A stretch of 64,000 bases of DNA from Gemmatimonas sp. (lineage in GTDB: Bacteria; Gemmatimonadota; Gemmatimonadetes; Gemmatimonadales; Gemmatimonadaceae): assembly GCA_965279375.1 (NCBI GenBank), contig OZ257156.1, positions 3,808,001-3,872,000 of the forward strand, written 5' to 3'. Below the pieces are notes generated by a model. It searched no databases and was not told where the DNA came from. It saw nothing but the letters and a program-made list of their open reading frames with translations. Within the stretch, counting starts at the first letter, position 1. The number at the start of each line of letters is the position of its first letter. Positions 34,234 to 44,631 of the stretch are shown here, one piece after another. A program made the position numbers and the translations under genes.

Positions 34234-34780
34234 CGAGAAACTCCTTCACCGCTCGCATCGCGTTGTGGTAGTGCACCCGCGTTGATCCTTCAGTCGAACC
34301 GAGAATCTCCGCGATCTCCTTGTAGCTTCGCCCCTCCTGCACACGCAGCGTGAAGACATCGCGCTGCATGCGCGTGAGCGACTTGATCGCCAGCATCATC
34401 CGCTGGGACGCCTCGTCGGCGACCAGCACATCGAGGGCGTCGTATTCGGTGGCCGAATCCTCGTCCTCCACTTCCACTTCCCTACCCCGTCGCGCTGTCG
34501 ATCGTCGCCGATCGATCACCAGGCGGCGCTCGATCGTGAACAGCCACGTCCTCAGCGAACTTTCCGAGCGAAAGCCGTCCAGTGCCGAGAAGGCGCGCAC
34601 GAACGTATCCTGTACGACCTCGTCGACATCCTCGCTGACGCCAAGGCGAACCGCGAAACGGGCGAGCGCTTGCGCGTGCCGCTGCACGATCGCCGTGGCT
34701 GCGCGCTCGTCGCCGCTCCGCCAGCGTTCGATAAGCGTCCGGTCGAGCGACGCGTCGTCTTCCCGTTCAGCCTCGATCAT
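34226..34780 (-). CDS. ECF RNA polymerase sigma factor
   Basis: DEVVQDTFVRAF, FRSESSLRTWLFTI, SYKEIAEILG. Confidence 0.93.
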   Translation of the reverse strand: MIEAEREDDASLDRTLIERWRSGDERAATAIVQRHAQALARFAVRLGVSEDVDEVVQDTFVRAFSALDGFRSESSLRTWLFTIERRLVIDRRRSTARRGREVEVEDEDSATEYDALDVLVADEASQRMMLAIKSLTRMQRDVFTLRVQEGRSYKEIAEILGSTEGSTRVHYHNAMRAVKEFLDD

Positions 34781-34830
34781 ACGCTCCGGAACATTGGACG
34801 CTGCTTCGCTCCATACGTTAATCTGCCCGC

Positions 34831-35523
34831 ATGCCCGACATCATCGCCCACCGCGGAGCTTCCCGCGAGTGCCTCGAGAACACGCTGCCGGCCTTCGAGC
34901 GCGCCCTGGCGCAGGGGGCCGACGGTATCGAGCTCGACGTGCACGCTACCCGCGATGGCAAAATCGTCGTCCATCATGACCCGATGGTTCGCCGTCGCGT
35001 CGGGAGCAAAGGCCCGAACCACGTGCCGCTCGCCGAGCTGGACTTCGAGGTGCTGCACTCGCACCGGCTGCGCGATGGCCAGATGATTCCGTCATTGGAC
35101 GCCGTCCTCGACCTCGTGGGCACACGTGCGACGGTGTATGTCGAAGTGAAGGCTGTGGGAATCGAAGAGGCGCTCGCGGTCTGCCTCGAGCGTCATCCGG
35201 CCGCTCGCATTGCTGTGCACTCCTTCGATCACCGCATCCCGGTGGCGGTTCGCGCCAAGCGACCAGGAACGGCCATCGGACTGCTGAGCGCGAGCTACCC
35301 GCTCGACATTGGCACGGTCATCCGGCCCGCTGCCGCCGAGTACCTCTGGCAGCAGGCACAGCTCATTGACGAAGCGTTGGTCCGGGAGGCGCACGCCTCG
35401 GGCGCCTCGGTGATCGCCTGGACCGAGAATGATGCGGCCCACGCGCGCCGGCTGATCGAAATGGGTGTCGATGGTCTTTGCACCGACACTCCCGGCGCGC
35501 TACGGGCGCAGCTCTTCGGCTAG
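34831..35523 (+). CDS. Glycerophosphodiester phosphodiesterase
   Basis: IIAHRGAS...ENTL, IELDVH, HHD, GVDGLCTD. Confidence 0.92.
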   Translation: MPDIIAHRGASRECLENTLPAFERALAQGADGIELDVHATRDGKIVVHHDPMVRRRVGSKGPNHVPLAELDFEVLHSHRLRDGQMIPSLDAVLDLVGTRATVYVEVKAVGIEEALAVCLERHPAARIAVHSFDHRIPVAVRAKRPGTAIGLLSASYPLDIGTVIRPAAAEYLWQQAQLIDEALVREAHASGASVIAWTENDAAHARRLIEMGVDGLCTDTPGALRAQLFG

Positions 35524-35544
35524 CGGTCCACTAAAGCTGCCCGA

Positions 35545-35913
35545 CTACTGCCCCGACGGCGGCCAATTGGTCACCGGCGCGGGTGCGACGGGTACTTCGG
35601 AGGCCGGCGGGTTGGACGGGGCCTGTCCGGCCGCAGCCGCACTGGCCCGCGCTGCCTCCAGTTCCTTCTCCAGGCGTCTTGCCTCCGCCTCTCGGCTTCG
35701 CAGAGCCTCCATCAGCCGATTGCGGGCATCCACGTCGAGCTCTCCGCCGGCATCAGCGGCGCGGAAGACTGCGTATCCGAGTGCTTCAGCCGCCTTGTCG
35801 GCCTGCTCACGGGCGCGGTAGGCATCGAGGCGAAGCTTTCCCTCGTCGAAGACGTCCTGTGCCGCCTTGCCAGCCTTGTCGATGCCCTGCTTGACCTTGT
35901 CCCAGATCGCCAT
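35545..35913 (-). CDS. Hypothetical coiled-coil protein
   Basis: AGGAG RBS; amphipathic N-terminal helix MAIWDKVKQGIDK. Confidence 0.7.
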   Translation of the reverse strand: MAIWDKVKQGIDKAGKAAQDVFDEGKLRLDAYRAREQADKAAEALGYAVFRAADAGGELDVDARNRLMEALRSREAEARRLEKELEAARASAAAAGQAPSNPPASEVPVAPAPVTNWPPSGQ

Positions 35914-36000
35914 CGTCGTCTCCTGAGTGTGTACGTATGCGCGTGGAACACACTACGCATCAGCGTCGTCCTAGTTACGCAACAAACCCTACCGCAATGC

Positions 36001-36030
36001 AAAAGGCCCCCACGCATGCGTGAGGGCCTT
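36001..36030 (-). terminator. Intrinsic terminator of rplU-rpmA
   Basis: Minus strand AAGGCCCTCACG-CATG-CGTGGGGGCCTTTT. Confidence 0.75.
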
Positions 36031-36049
36031 CGCAGAGATCACCGTCGGG

Positions 36050-36340
36050 TCAGGCTTCGACCGCGACTTCCGTGACTTCTTCGTACACGACGGGAACGAC
36101 GCTCACCTTGTAGCGGCGCTTGTTGTGGTGCTCGAACTGCACGACGCCTTCCACGAGGGAATAGATCGTGTAGTCGGTGCCCATGCCGACGTTCGTGCCC
36201 GGGTGCCACTTCGTTCCGCACTGGCGGAGGATGATGTTGCCCGGGGTGACGAACTCGCCGCCGTACTTCTTGATGCCGCGGAACTTCGGATTCGAATCGC
36301 GGCCGTTACGTGAAGAGCCGACGCCTTTCTTATGTGCCAT
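36050..36340 (-). CDS. rpmA: 50S ribosomal protein L27
   Basis: [16 protein letters not shown]. Confidence 0.98.
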   Translation of the reverse strand: MAHKKGVGSSRNGRDSNPKFRGIKKYGGEFVTPGNIILRQCGTKWHPGTNVGMGTDYTIYSLVEGVVQFEHHNKRRYKVSVVPVVYEEVTEVAVEA

Positions 36341-36390
36341 GATGCTAACTCCAGGAAGGGGGCGCGGCCGAATCGGCGCGCCGCCGGCGC

Positions 36391-36708
36391 TCAGCCGAGG
36401 GTGATGTCCTTGATGCGGACTTCCGTGAACTTCTGCCGGTGACCCTGCTTGCGGGCATAGTTCTTACGGCGCTTGAACTTGAAGACGATGATCTTGTCAT
36501 CGAGGCCGTGCTTCACGATTTCCGCAGTGACCTTGGCGCCGGTAAGCGTCGGAACGCCCGTGCGGACGCTCGATCCATCGGAGCCGAGGAGGACGTCGTT
36601 GAACTCGACGGCCGTGCCGGCATCGCCCAGCAAGGAGGGAATTCGAAGTGTCTTGCCCGGCTCGGCACGGAACTGCTTGCCACCGGTGCGGATGATCGCG
36701 TAGCTCAT
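36391..36708 (-). CDS. rplU: 50S ribosomal protein L21
   Basis: [23 protein letters not shown]. Confidence 0.98.
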   Translation of the reverse strand: MSYAIIRTGGKQFRAEPGKTLRIPSLLGDAGTAVEFNDVLLGSDGSSVRTGVPTLTGAKVTAEIVKHGLDDKIIVFKFKRRKNYARKQGHRQKFTEVRIKDITLG

Positions 36709-36746
36709 GGCTCTATCTTGTGAAGGCGTCTGAAACGTAGCCTAGA

Positions 36747-36775
36747 AGCTTACCCAGCTTCGGTTTAGCTGTCAA
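36747..36775 (-). promoter_or_regulatory. sigma70 promoter of rplU-rpmA
   Basis: TTGACA-N17-TAAGCT. Confidence 0.75.
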
Positions 36776-36784
36776 CCCAACAGC

Positions 36785-38350
36785 CTAGGCCAACGCGTAC
36801 TGCTGTGTTACGTCCCGCTGTGCTCCCTTCATGACCAGTTTGATCTCGTCTGGCTTGAGGAGAGGATCGTCCCGCAGTTCGAGTCCGAAGCCGGCCAACT
36901 TCTCCAGCCGCTTCACGAAATCATGCTCCTGCTCCAACACGTGCAGCGCCACCTCGGGGTGCAGCCGAAGCGTGACCGGCTCCTTCCTGCCCTCGGCCGC
37001 CATACGGCGCACCGCCCGCTCCACCCGACGCACGATCGTTTCGGGGGTAAACACGCGGCCCGTACCGGTACAGGTCGGGCAGCTCTCCGTCATGCTCTGC
37101 CAGTGGCTCTGACGCACGCGCTGCCGCGTCATCTCGACCAGCCCCAAATCACTGACCGCAAATGCCTTGGTGCGCGCCCGATCGCGGCTCAGGTTCGAGC
37201 GCAGCTCGTTGAGCACCCGGTCGCGATTGGACTGCGTCTCCATGTCGATGAAGTCGCAGACGATGATTCCTCCCACGTCCCGCAGCCGTAGCTGACGGGC
37301 GATTTCCCGCGCGGCTTCGGTATTGGTCTTGAGGATGGTCTTCTCCGGGTCGCGCTTACCCGTGTAGCGCCCCGAATTCACGTCGATCGACACCAACGCT
37401 TCGGTAGGCTCGATGATCAAATAGCCCCCCGATGGCAAGTCACAACGACGCTTGAACAGGTCGCGGATCTCCGTTTCGATCCCTGCCTTGTCGAACAACG
37501 AGACGGTGTCCTCGTAGAGCTTCACGCGCTCCACCAACTCGGGCGCGATGCCCTGCAGATACTCGGTGATCTCGTTGAAGACCTGCTTGGAGTCCACCGT
37601 GACGCCTTCGACCTTGGCGCTGAACAGGTCGCGGATGAGGCCGCGCGTCACGTTCGTTTCGCGATGTACCAACGCCGGCGCACGCATGAACTGCGTCTTC
37701 CGCTTGATGCGCTTCCAGTTGTTCATGAGCGTGTTCAACTCACGCTCGAACGTCTCCGTGGTGGCATCTTCGCTGACCGTGCGCACGATGACACCGCCCG
37801 CGTCTTCCGGGAGGATTTCCGTCATCATCGCGCGGAGGCGCTGTCGCTCGCTGCGCTCGTCGATCTTGCGGCTCACGCCCACCTTCGACGCGAACGGCAT
37901 GTAGACGATGAACCGCCCGGCCAGCGAAACCTGCGCGGTGACGCGCGGTCCCTTGGTGGAAATGGGCTCCTTGCTGATCTGGACGAGGATGTCCTGTCCG
38001 CGCTTCAGCAGGTCCTGAATCGGCCGAACTTCGCGACGCCCACGACGACCGCCACCGCCACTGGCCTCTTCGCTGGAGGACTCGTCTTCGTCCTCGTCGT
38101 CGTCGTCATTCACCGAGGCATCGTCCACGACGACGTCGGCAGCATGAAGGAACGCGGACTTTTCCGTACCGATGTTCACGAAGGCGGCCTGGATACCCGG
38201 CAGCACTGCTTCGACCTTGCCCAGATACACATCGCCAACCATGCGACGCGCGTCTGGCCGATCCACGAGCAGTTCCACGAGCTGACCGTCCTCGATGATC
38301 GCGACCCGCGTCTCGCGCGGCGTCGCATTCACCAAGATCTCTCGCTTCAT
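36785..38350 (-). CDS. Rne/Rng family ribonuclease (RNase G-sized)
   Basis: S1 domain, TEALVSIDVNSG, GGIIVCDFIDM, CPTCTGTG Zn-link. Confidence 0.95.
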   Translation of the reverse strand: MKREILVNATPRETRVAIIEDGQLVELLVDRPDARRMVGDVYLGKVEAVLPGIQAAFVNIGTEKSAFLHAADVVVDDASVNDDDDEDEDESSSEEASGGGGRRGRREVRPIQDLLKRGQDILVQISKEPISTKGPRVTAQVSLAGRFIVYMPFASKVGVSRKIDERSERQRLRAMMTEILPEDAGGVIVRTVSEDATTETFERELNTLMNNWKRIKRKTQFMRAPALVHRETNVTRGLIRDLFSAKVEGVTVDSKQVFNEITEYLQGIAPELVERVKLYEDTVSLFDKAGIETEIRDLFKRRCDLPSGGYLIIEPTEALVSIDVNSGRYTGKRDPEKTILKTNTEAAREIARQLRLRDVGGIIVCDFIDMETQSNRDRVLNELRSNLSRDRARTKAFAVSDLGLVEMTRQRVRQSHWQSMTESCPTCTGTGRVFTPETIVRRVERAVRRMAAEGRKEPVTLRLHPEVALHVLEQEHDFVKRLEKLAGFGLELRDDPLLKPDEIKLVMKGAQRDVTQQYALA

Positions 38351-38354
38351 TGTG

Positions 38355-38790
38355 TTATCCCGACCGACCGGGCGGCGGCGACTCCGCTGGACCCGATCGA
38401 CGATACACGCTGTGATCCCAAAAGACTGCCCGGTCGCGCCGGCATGGCGGCAACGCGGACGTCGTCACGGGCTCCCCCACCAAGCGCGTCCGATCGTTCA
38501 ACCCGGCCGCGCCCGGTACGTCGCGCGACCCGCGCGTAGAACGGCGGTCAGCACAAGGCCCAGGAAAAAACGCGACAGATTGCGATCGACGCACGTCGGC
38601 TGACGCGCGGTGGGGCGTTCGATGGGCGTCGGCCAAGGACACGCTGGTCCCGGACGGCCCCCACCAGAAACGCAAACGGCCCGTGAGTCGCACGGGCCAT
38701 CGGCGCCGGGTGTGACGGCTGCGAAACTTCTCAAACAGGGGCGAACACCAACGGGAGAAGTCTATACGGGACCGAACGTCTCCCGCAATC
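38355..38790 (-). promoter_or_regulatory. Long structured non-coding leader (or sRNA) upstream of rne/rng
   Basis: About 500-nt gap; TTGCGG-N18-TAGACT at 38788-38759; several stems and a U6 tract at 38565-38570. Confidence 0.55.
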
Positions 38791-38849
38791 CATCCCGCAG
38801 GCAAACCCTGCCTCGCCTGCCGTCGCTGAAACGCTTCAGCGTGACCGAT

Positions 38850-40067
38850 TCAGTCGATCAGCCCCTTGAGCAGGTGCCGCGCGATGACGATGCGCTGGAT
38901 CTCGCTGGTCCCTTCGCCGATCTCGCAGATCTTGGCGTCGCGCATGTAGCGCTCAACCGGGTAATCCTTGGTGTAACCGTAGCCACCATGGATCTGGATC
39001 GCCTTGATGGTCACTCGCATGGCCAGCTCCGAGCAGAAGAGCTTCGCGATGGCCGCCTCCTTGCCGAACGGCTTGCCGTTCTGCGCCAGCCACGCGGCGT
39101 GGTACATGAGGTGCCGGCCCGCCTCGATTTCGGTCGCCATGTCGGACAGCGCGAACTGGATGCCCTGGAACGACGCGATGGCCTGGCCGAACTGCTTGCG
39201 CACCGAGGCGTACTTGAGCGCTTCGTCGAACGCGCCCTGCGCGATGCCGATCGACAGCGCAGCGATACCGATACGACCGGCGTCGAGCGTCTTCATGAAA
39301 TTGACGAAGCCGAGGCCTTCGGTTCCCAGGAGGTTCTCGGCCGGCACTTCGACGTTGTCGAACAGCAGTTCGCGTGTATCGGAGGAACGCCAGCCGAGCT
39401 TGTCTTCCTTCTTGCCGGAGGTGAACCCCTTCATCGAACCCAGCGACTCGTCGTGACCCACACCTACGACACGGCACGCCTCGAGGTCGACGCTGTCCTT
39501 GGTGAGGATGAACGACGAAATACCACGCGTTCCTGCGGACGGATCGGTCACGGCAGTGACGACGAAAATCTCGCCGACACCGGCGTGTGTGATGAATCGC
39601 TTGCTGCCGTTGAGGACGTAGTAGCCGTCCTTCTTGACCGCGGTAGTCTTGGTGCCACCGGCATCGCTGCCGGCGGTGTCCTCCGTGAGACCGAAACCGC
39701 CCAGCACTTTGCCGCTCGCGAGCAGCGGCACATAACGCTGCACCTGCTCGGGCGTGCCGAAGTTGACGATAGGCGACGTGCCGAGTGTCGTGTGCGCGCT
39801 GATGGTGATGGAGTGTGACGCGTCGATGCGACCGAGTTCTTCGATGGCGATCATGAAGCTCAGCGTGTCGAAGCCGGCGCCACCTACATCCTCGGACCAC
39901 GGAATGCCGAGCAGGCCGAGCTCACCCATGGCCTTGACGTTCGCCCACGGGAACGTCGAGTCGGCGTCGTGCTGCGCGGCAACAGGTGCCACCTGTTCGC
40001 GTGCGAAGGAACGCACCATGTCGCGCACAGCGAGATGCTGCTCGGAAAAATAAAGACTGTCGTCCAT
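38850..40067 (-). CDS. Acyl-CoA dehydrogenase (short/branched-chain type)
   Basis: [40 protein letters not shown]. Confidence 0.93.
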   Translation of the reverse strand: MDDSLYFSEQHLAVRDMVRSFAREQVAPVAAQHDADSTFPWANVKAMGELGLLGIPWSEDVGGAGFDTLSFMIAIEELGRIDASHSITISAHTTLGTSPIVNFGTPEQVQRYVPLLASGKVLGGFGLTEDTAGSDAGGTKTTAVKKDGYYVLNGSKRFITHAGVGEIFVVTAVTDPSAGTRGISSFILTKDSVDLEACRVVGVGHDESLGSMKGFTSGKKEDKLGWRSSDTRELLFDNVEVPAENLLGTEGLGFVNFMKTLDAGRIGIAALSIGIAQGAFDEALKYASVRKQFGQAIASFQGIQFALSDMATEIEAGRHLMYHAAWLAQNGKPFGKEAAIAKLFCSELAMRVTIKAIQIHGGYGYTKDYPVERYMRDAKICEIGEGTSEIQRIVIARHLLKGLID

Positions 40068-40092
40068 GTATTGCTCGGAGGGGAATGCGAAC

Positions 40093-41880
40093 TCAGGTCG
40101 TTCGTGGGCGGGACCGCGCGCGCGTCTTGGGTATCGCCTCGCGCGACGGTGGCACTACAGTGGTACCGAGACAACGATCGCACGCATCGCATTGCGCGCG
40201 CACTTCGGGGTCACCGAAATAGCGCAGCACGAACGCTCGACGGCAAGCACGTGTTTGCGCATATCGCTGCATTGCATCAAGACGACTGAGTTCGGACTGA
40301 CGTCTCCGTTCGAGTGCGTGCCAGTCCACCGGGAGCCACTTCGCGTCGCGACATCGCGCGTCAAGACGAAATCCCGCACCGGCGCGCGTCCACGAGACGA
40401 ATTGTTCCGCTTCCAGTCGTTCCAATACCGGGACGATTCCCATCGCCCCTCCGAAACCAGGTGGCAGTCCGTCGAGGTCCACGGCTGCGCCCGTGGCGAG
40501 GCGTTTGCCCGCCGCGCGCCACAACGCCCGCAGCACTTCGCGATCGTGGTCGCGAGCGCCGGTCAGCTCTTCGCTGATTCGTGACGGCGTTGCGAGCAGC
40601 CGGACCCAGACCCGACCGCCGGACGCGGACTCCGCGGTGAGCGCGCCAGCCGCTGCGAGCGCGCGCAAAGCAGCGCCCAGCTTGCGATCACCCGTCTTGG
40701 CGGGGAGCCGCGCGAGCAGATCGTCCGCAGAAAGCGCGATGAAGCCCTGCGTGTCGGCCTGCGTGCGAAGCAACTTCCACAGCTGCTCGATGAGCGCACG
40801 ATCAGGATGCGCTTGCTCGCAAAAGAACTCGTGCGTGAATCGATCCGGATACGAATGCAACAGCACACAGGTGCTCGGCTTGCCATCTCGTCCGGCACGT
40901 CCAGCCTCCTGATAGTACGCCTCGATCGAACCGGGCATCGCATGATGCACGACCAATCGGACGTCGGACTTGTCGATGCCCATGCCAAACGCGCTCGTGG
41001 CCACGATGACGCGCGCGCGCTCGTCCATGAACGCATCCTGCGCACGTTGGCGCGTGCTATCGTCCAGGCCGGCGTGATACGCGACGGCTTTGATGCGCGA
41101 CCTCACGAGCATGCCCGTCACGCGCTCGACGGCCTTTCGAGTTGGTGCGTACACGATCGCTGGCCCTGAGGCCGAGCGCAGCCAATGTACCGCCGCCTTG
41201 TCCTTGTCCTGCTGGATGCGCGTGGCGGCAACGTGATAGGTGAGGTTGATGCGGTCGAATCCGGCAACGACGATCTCGGGCTCGCGGAGCGCCAATTGCC
41301 GTGCGATGTCTTCGCGCACATCGGGCGTGGCCGTCGCAGTCAGGGCAACCGTTTGTGGCGAGCCCAGTTTCTCGCGAATCAGGCCAATGCGTCGATAGCT
41401 CGGCCGGAAGTCGTGTCCCCATTCACTGATGCAATGCGCTTCATCGATGGCCAGAAGCGCGACGCCGATGTCCACGAGTCGCTGAAGCGTGCGCCCGGCC
41501 TCCATGCGTTCCGGCGCCAGATAGAGCAGCTTGAGACTGCCGTCCTGCGCTTGGGCCATACGGTCGGCGACGTCGCTGCTGCTGAGCGTGCTGTTAATGA
41601 ACGCCGCGGGCAGTCCGCGCCGCTCGAGCGCATCGACCTGATCCTTCATCAGCGAAATGAGCGGCGAGATCACCACCGTGAGCCCGTCACGCATCAGCGC
41701 GGGCACCTGATAGCAGAGCGACTTCCCGCCGCCAGTGGGCAGCACCACGAGTGCGTCGCACCCGGAGAGAACCGCCTGCACGGCACGAATCTGCGGCGGG
41801 CGAAAGTCCGGGTAGCCGAACTTGTCGCGCAGCGTGGCACGCGCACCATCGAGTGTTCCAAACGCGTCTCGGCTCGTCAT
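40093..41880 (-). CDS. recQ: RecQ-family DNA helicase (no HRDC domain)
   Basis: [36 protein letters not shown]...CDACDRC. Confidence 0.9.
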   Translation of the reverse strand: MTSRDAFGTLDGARATLRDKFGYPDFRPPQIRAVQAVLSGCDALVVLPTGGGKSLCYQVPALMRDGLTVVISPLISLMKDQVDALERRGLPAAFINSTLSSSDVADRMAQAQDGSLKLLYLAPERMEAGRTLQRLVDIGVALLAIDEAHCISEWGHDFRPSYRRIGLIREKLGSPQTVALTATATPDVREDIARQLALREPEIVVAGFDRINLTYHVAATRIQQDKDKAAVHWLRSASGPAIVYAPTRKAVERVTGMLVRSRIKAVAYHAGLDDSTRQRAQDAFMDERARVIVATSAFGMGIDKSDVRLVVHHAMPGSIEAYYQEAGRAGRDGKPSTCVLLHSYPDRFTHEFFCEQAHPDRALIEQLWKLLRTQADTQGFIALSADDLLARLPAKTGDRKLGAALRALAAAGALTAESASGGRVWVRLLATPSRISEELTGARDHDREVLRALWRAAGKRLATGAAVDLDGLPPGFGGAMGIVPVLERLEAEQFVSWTRAGAGFRLDARCRDAKWLPVDWHALERRRQSELSRLDAMQRYAQTRACRRAFVLRYFGDPEVRAQCDACDRCLGTTVVPPSREAIPKTRARSRPRTT

Positions 41881-41939
41881 CCGAGCAGCATACCCTTCAG
41901 AGACGCTCCGACGACATCAGAACAGCGCCTGAGATCACC

Positions 41940-44435
41940 TCAAACCGCGCGAATGAAGTGACCACGCGTGAACGCGCCATCGAGCATCGTTCGCGTGGTG
42001 GAGAGCTCTGGGGCGTCGCCGTTGGCCAGTGCCTGCAGTGCATCACGGTAGGCGCGCGTGATCGCTTCGATCGGCTCGCCGGGCACGTTGAACAACAGAT
42101 GGAATCCGCGGATGCCCTGCTCCCACAGCGTCGGCAGATACTCCGATGCGTCGATGGGGCGCGAATGCAGCAGTCGATTGCGACACGCCGAATCGGTCGC
42201 CACCGCGAATGTGTACCCTGCGGGATCGGTGATGGAGACGTTGACGTGCTTCTGCACGCACAGATCGCGACAGGTCGTCGGCTCGCGATCGAACGCCGCC
42301 GATAGGACGCAGTGCTCGATCGTCATGCCTTCGGGGCGTCCGTAGACGACGACATCGAATCCAGCGCCACCCCACGGCTTCACGAGCGATGCGATTTCAT
42401 CGAGTGTCAACTCAATCGACGCGGTGATGCGCGACGCGCCCTGCTCGAAAAGGAACTGCGCCGTGTGCTGGTTGAACGCGTTGACGGCATAGTCCGCGAC
42501 GACGTCGACACCGGCGCTCCCCTGCTCCGCTACGAGCCCAAGGTGACCCGAGAGGAGAGGCAGTCCGAGCGCGAGCCACTTGTCGAGACGTTTGCGTTCG
42601 TCTGGGCGCACAATAGTTGGCGTGCGGAGACGCAGCGTAACGCCCATGGCGGCCAAGTCGCTCTGCAGCGCATGCACTCGGGCGATCGGCGGCGCGGGGT
42701 GCCGCAGGAATGGATCGAGTACGATGTCCGTCGCGCCACCAGCCGCCGCCTGGCGTGCACTCTCGACATCGTACACCACGGCGCGCAGCGCGAAGGGTGC
42801 TTCTGCGCTGGAGGACCACGCGGGCGTCGCGATGGTCAGCTGCGAGACCGCGTCAGCGATGCGCTGATCTCGCGTGGCGCTCGTGCTGAGATGCGACCAG
42901 GTGAGTCGCTCGTCGAGCTGCTCGACCGCCTGCTGTCGAATGCGATTGAGCTCGCTGACGGGAAGGAAGAGCTCCTCGCCCAAACCGCTGGCCTCGAGCG
43001 CACCCAACACGAACTGCGTCTCACCCAGTCGTCCCAACTGTTCGCGAAGCTGCGCAACGTCTAACGAGCGCTTGCTGGCAGGCGCGAGCGGCGTCTCGCC
43101 CCGCACCGTCACTTCGTCCTCGCCAAACTGCCATACGGTCTTGAGCGGGCCGCCCGCGTGCCCAAACACGCGCACGTTCACGGCGGTGCGACCGACCTTC
43201 TCGGGCACCGCCACCTTGGCAAAGCTCTCCTGCGCGGTGCGCAGCAGCGTGACGTCGCTCGACCGTACGACGCGCCACCCTTCGGCGGGGCGCACACGCA
43301 TGCTCAACGCCTGACGATAGGTGCCATGTCGCGCGCTCACGGTGCGCACGCCCGCCACCATCCCACCGACACTGGTGGCCAGCGCCGTCGGCGATTCGAA
43401 GCCGATGCCGTCGCCAATCGAGATGGGGTGGGTGACGTCCACCAGAATGTCGTTGCCTTCGCGGCCAACGACCGTGCCGATCGGCAAGCCGCGATTGTCG
43501 GGCTGGTCGCGCGTGATGTAGTCGCGCCCGGCCCGACCGCCGTACATGCCGCCCGTGTTTCCGCGGCTGAAGATCTGCACGAGCGGCTCGACTTCGTCCG
43601 TCGGTGGCGGTGCGTGGTCACCCTTGGCCAACCGATCGAGCCACGTGCGATACGCATGGGTCACGGTCGCGACGTACTCGGGCTTCTTCTTGCGCCCTTC
43701 AACCTTGAGACAGCCGACGCCCAGCTCTGCGAGCTCCGCGAGGTGATCGTGCGCGGCAAGATCCTTCGCGGAAATCAGATAGCCAGTGTCCAGCGTCGCC
43801 TTGCTGGTCTCGTCGGTGAGCGTGTACTCCTTGCGACACGACTGCGCGCACGAGCCACGATTGGCGCTCCGCTCGGAGATCATGCCAGACATGAAGCACT
43901 GGCCGGAATACGAGATGCAGAGCGCGCCATGAATGAACGTCTCAAGGCCGAGCTCGGGCACGGCGGCGCGAATCGCGCGAATGTCGCTGAGCGTGTTCTC
44001 GCGCGCGAGCACCACGCGTTCGACGCCGAGCTGCTGCATGACGCGCGCGCCGGACGCGTCGTGCACGGTCATCTGCGTGGAGCCATGCACCTCGAGCTGC
44101 GGGTAGACGCGCTGAATGAGGCGCACTGCGCCCAAGTCCTGCACGATGGCAGCGTCGATCCCGCGGTCCACGCACTCGCCGAGGTACACGAGCGCGTCGG
44201 TCAGTTCCTGCGGCTTGATCAGGACGTTGAACGTCAAGTACACCCGCACGCCACGCGAATGCGCCAAGGCACAGGCCTGCGCGAGTTCGTCGAGCGACAG
44301 CTGTGCCCCTTCGTCGCGGGCATTGTACAGCGAGGCGCCGAGGTAGACGGCGTTCGCACCGTTGGCGACGGCGGCCCGCACGGCGTCGAGCGTGCCGGCG
44401 GGGGCGAGGAGTTCGGGGACAGTGACGTGAGGCAT
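41940..44435 (-). CDS. U32-family Fe-S protein, RlhA-like (probable RNA hydroxylation)
   Basis: ELLAPAG, HGALCISYSGQC, NRGSCAQSCR, LKVEGR; long form. Confidence 0.85.
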   Translation of the reverse strand: MPHVTVPELLAPAGTLDAVRAAVANGANAVYLGASLYNARDEGAQLSLDELAQACALAHSRGVRVYLTFNVLIKPQELTDALVYLGECVDRGIDAAIVQDLGAVRLIQRVYPQLEVHGSTQMTVHDASGARVMQQLGVERVVLARENTLSDIRAIRAAVPELGLETFIHGALCISYSGQCFMSGMISERSANRGSCAQSCRKEYTLTDETSKATLDTGYLISAKDLAAHDHLAELAELGVGCLKVEGRKKKPEYVATVTHAYRTWLDRLAKGDHAPPPTDEVEPLVQIFSRGNTGGMYGGRAGRDYITRDQPDNRGLPIGTVVGREGNDILVDVTHPISIGDGIGFESPTALATSVGGMVAGVRTVSARHGTYRQALSMRVRPAEGWRVVRSSDVTLLRTAQESFAKVAVPEKVGRTAVNVRVFGHAGGPLKTVWQFGEDEVTVRGETPLAPASKRSLDVAQLREQLGRLGETQFVLGALEASGLGEELFLPVSELNRIRQQAVEQLDERLTWSHLSTSATRDQRIADAVSQLTIATPAWSSSAEAPFALRAVVYDVESARQAAAGGATDIVLDPFLRHPAPPIARVHALQSDLAAMGVTLRLRTPTIVRPDERKRLDKWLALGLPLLSGHLGLVAEQGSAGVDVVADYAVNAFNQHTAQFLFEQGASRITASIELTLDEIASLVKPWGGAGFDVVVYGRPEGMTIEHCVLSAAFDREPTTCRDLCVQKHVNVSITDPAGYTFAVATDSACRNRLLHSRPIDASEYLPTLWEQGIRGFHLLFNVPGEPIEAITRAYRDALQALANGDAPELSTTRTMLDGAFTRGHFIRAV

Positions 44436-44481
44436 CGGAAGAAATCTAGTCAGCCGAGTGCCGAACTCCCTTTTTCGGCGC

Positions 44482-44631
44482 TCAGCGCTTCAGTTTGGCC
44501 ACCAGCCGCAGCCCGAGGGCAGCCACCAGGCAGCCGATCGCCAAGAAGCGCGCCCAGTCAGTCCCGGTGCGTAACGCAAAGGCGAACGCAACGATCCCCG
44601 CACCAATCAGGACTAGCCGTGCGACCATCAT
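44482..44631 (-). CDS. 49-aa two-TM small membrane protein (absent from ORF track)
   Basis: MMVARLVLIGAGIVAFAFALRTGTDWARFLAIGCLVAALGLRLVAKLKR; ATGA overlap with the upstream stop. Confidence 0.7.
   Translation of the reverse strand: MMVARLVLIGAGIVAFAFALRTGTDWARFLAIGCLVAALGLRLVAKLKR

Noticed and set aside
38355..38800. RNase P RNA, tmRNA or 6S RNA in the rne upstream gap
   Set aside because: No GAGGAAAGUCC or tRNA-like ends, and no end-to-end rod pairing seen; kept only as an unassigned structured region.
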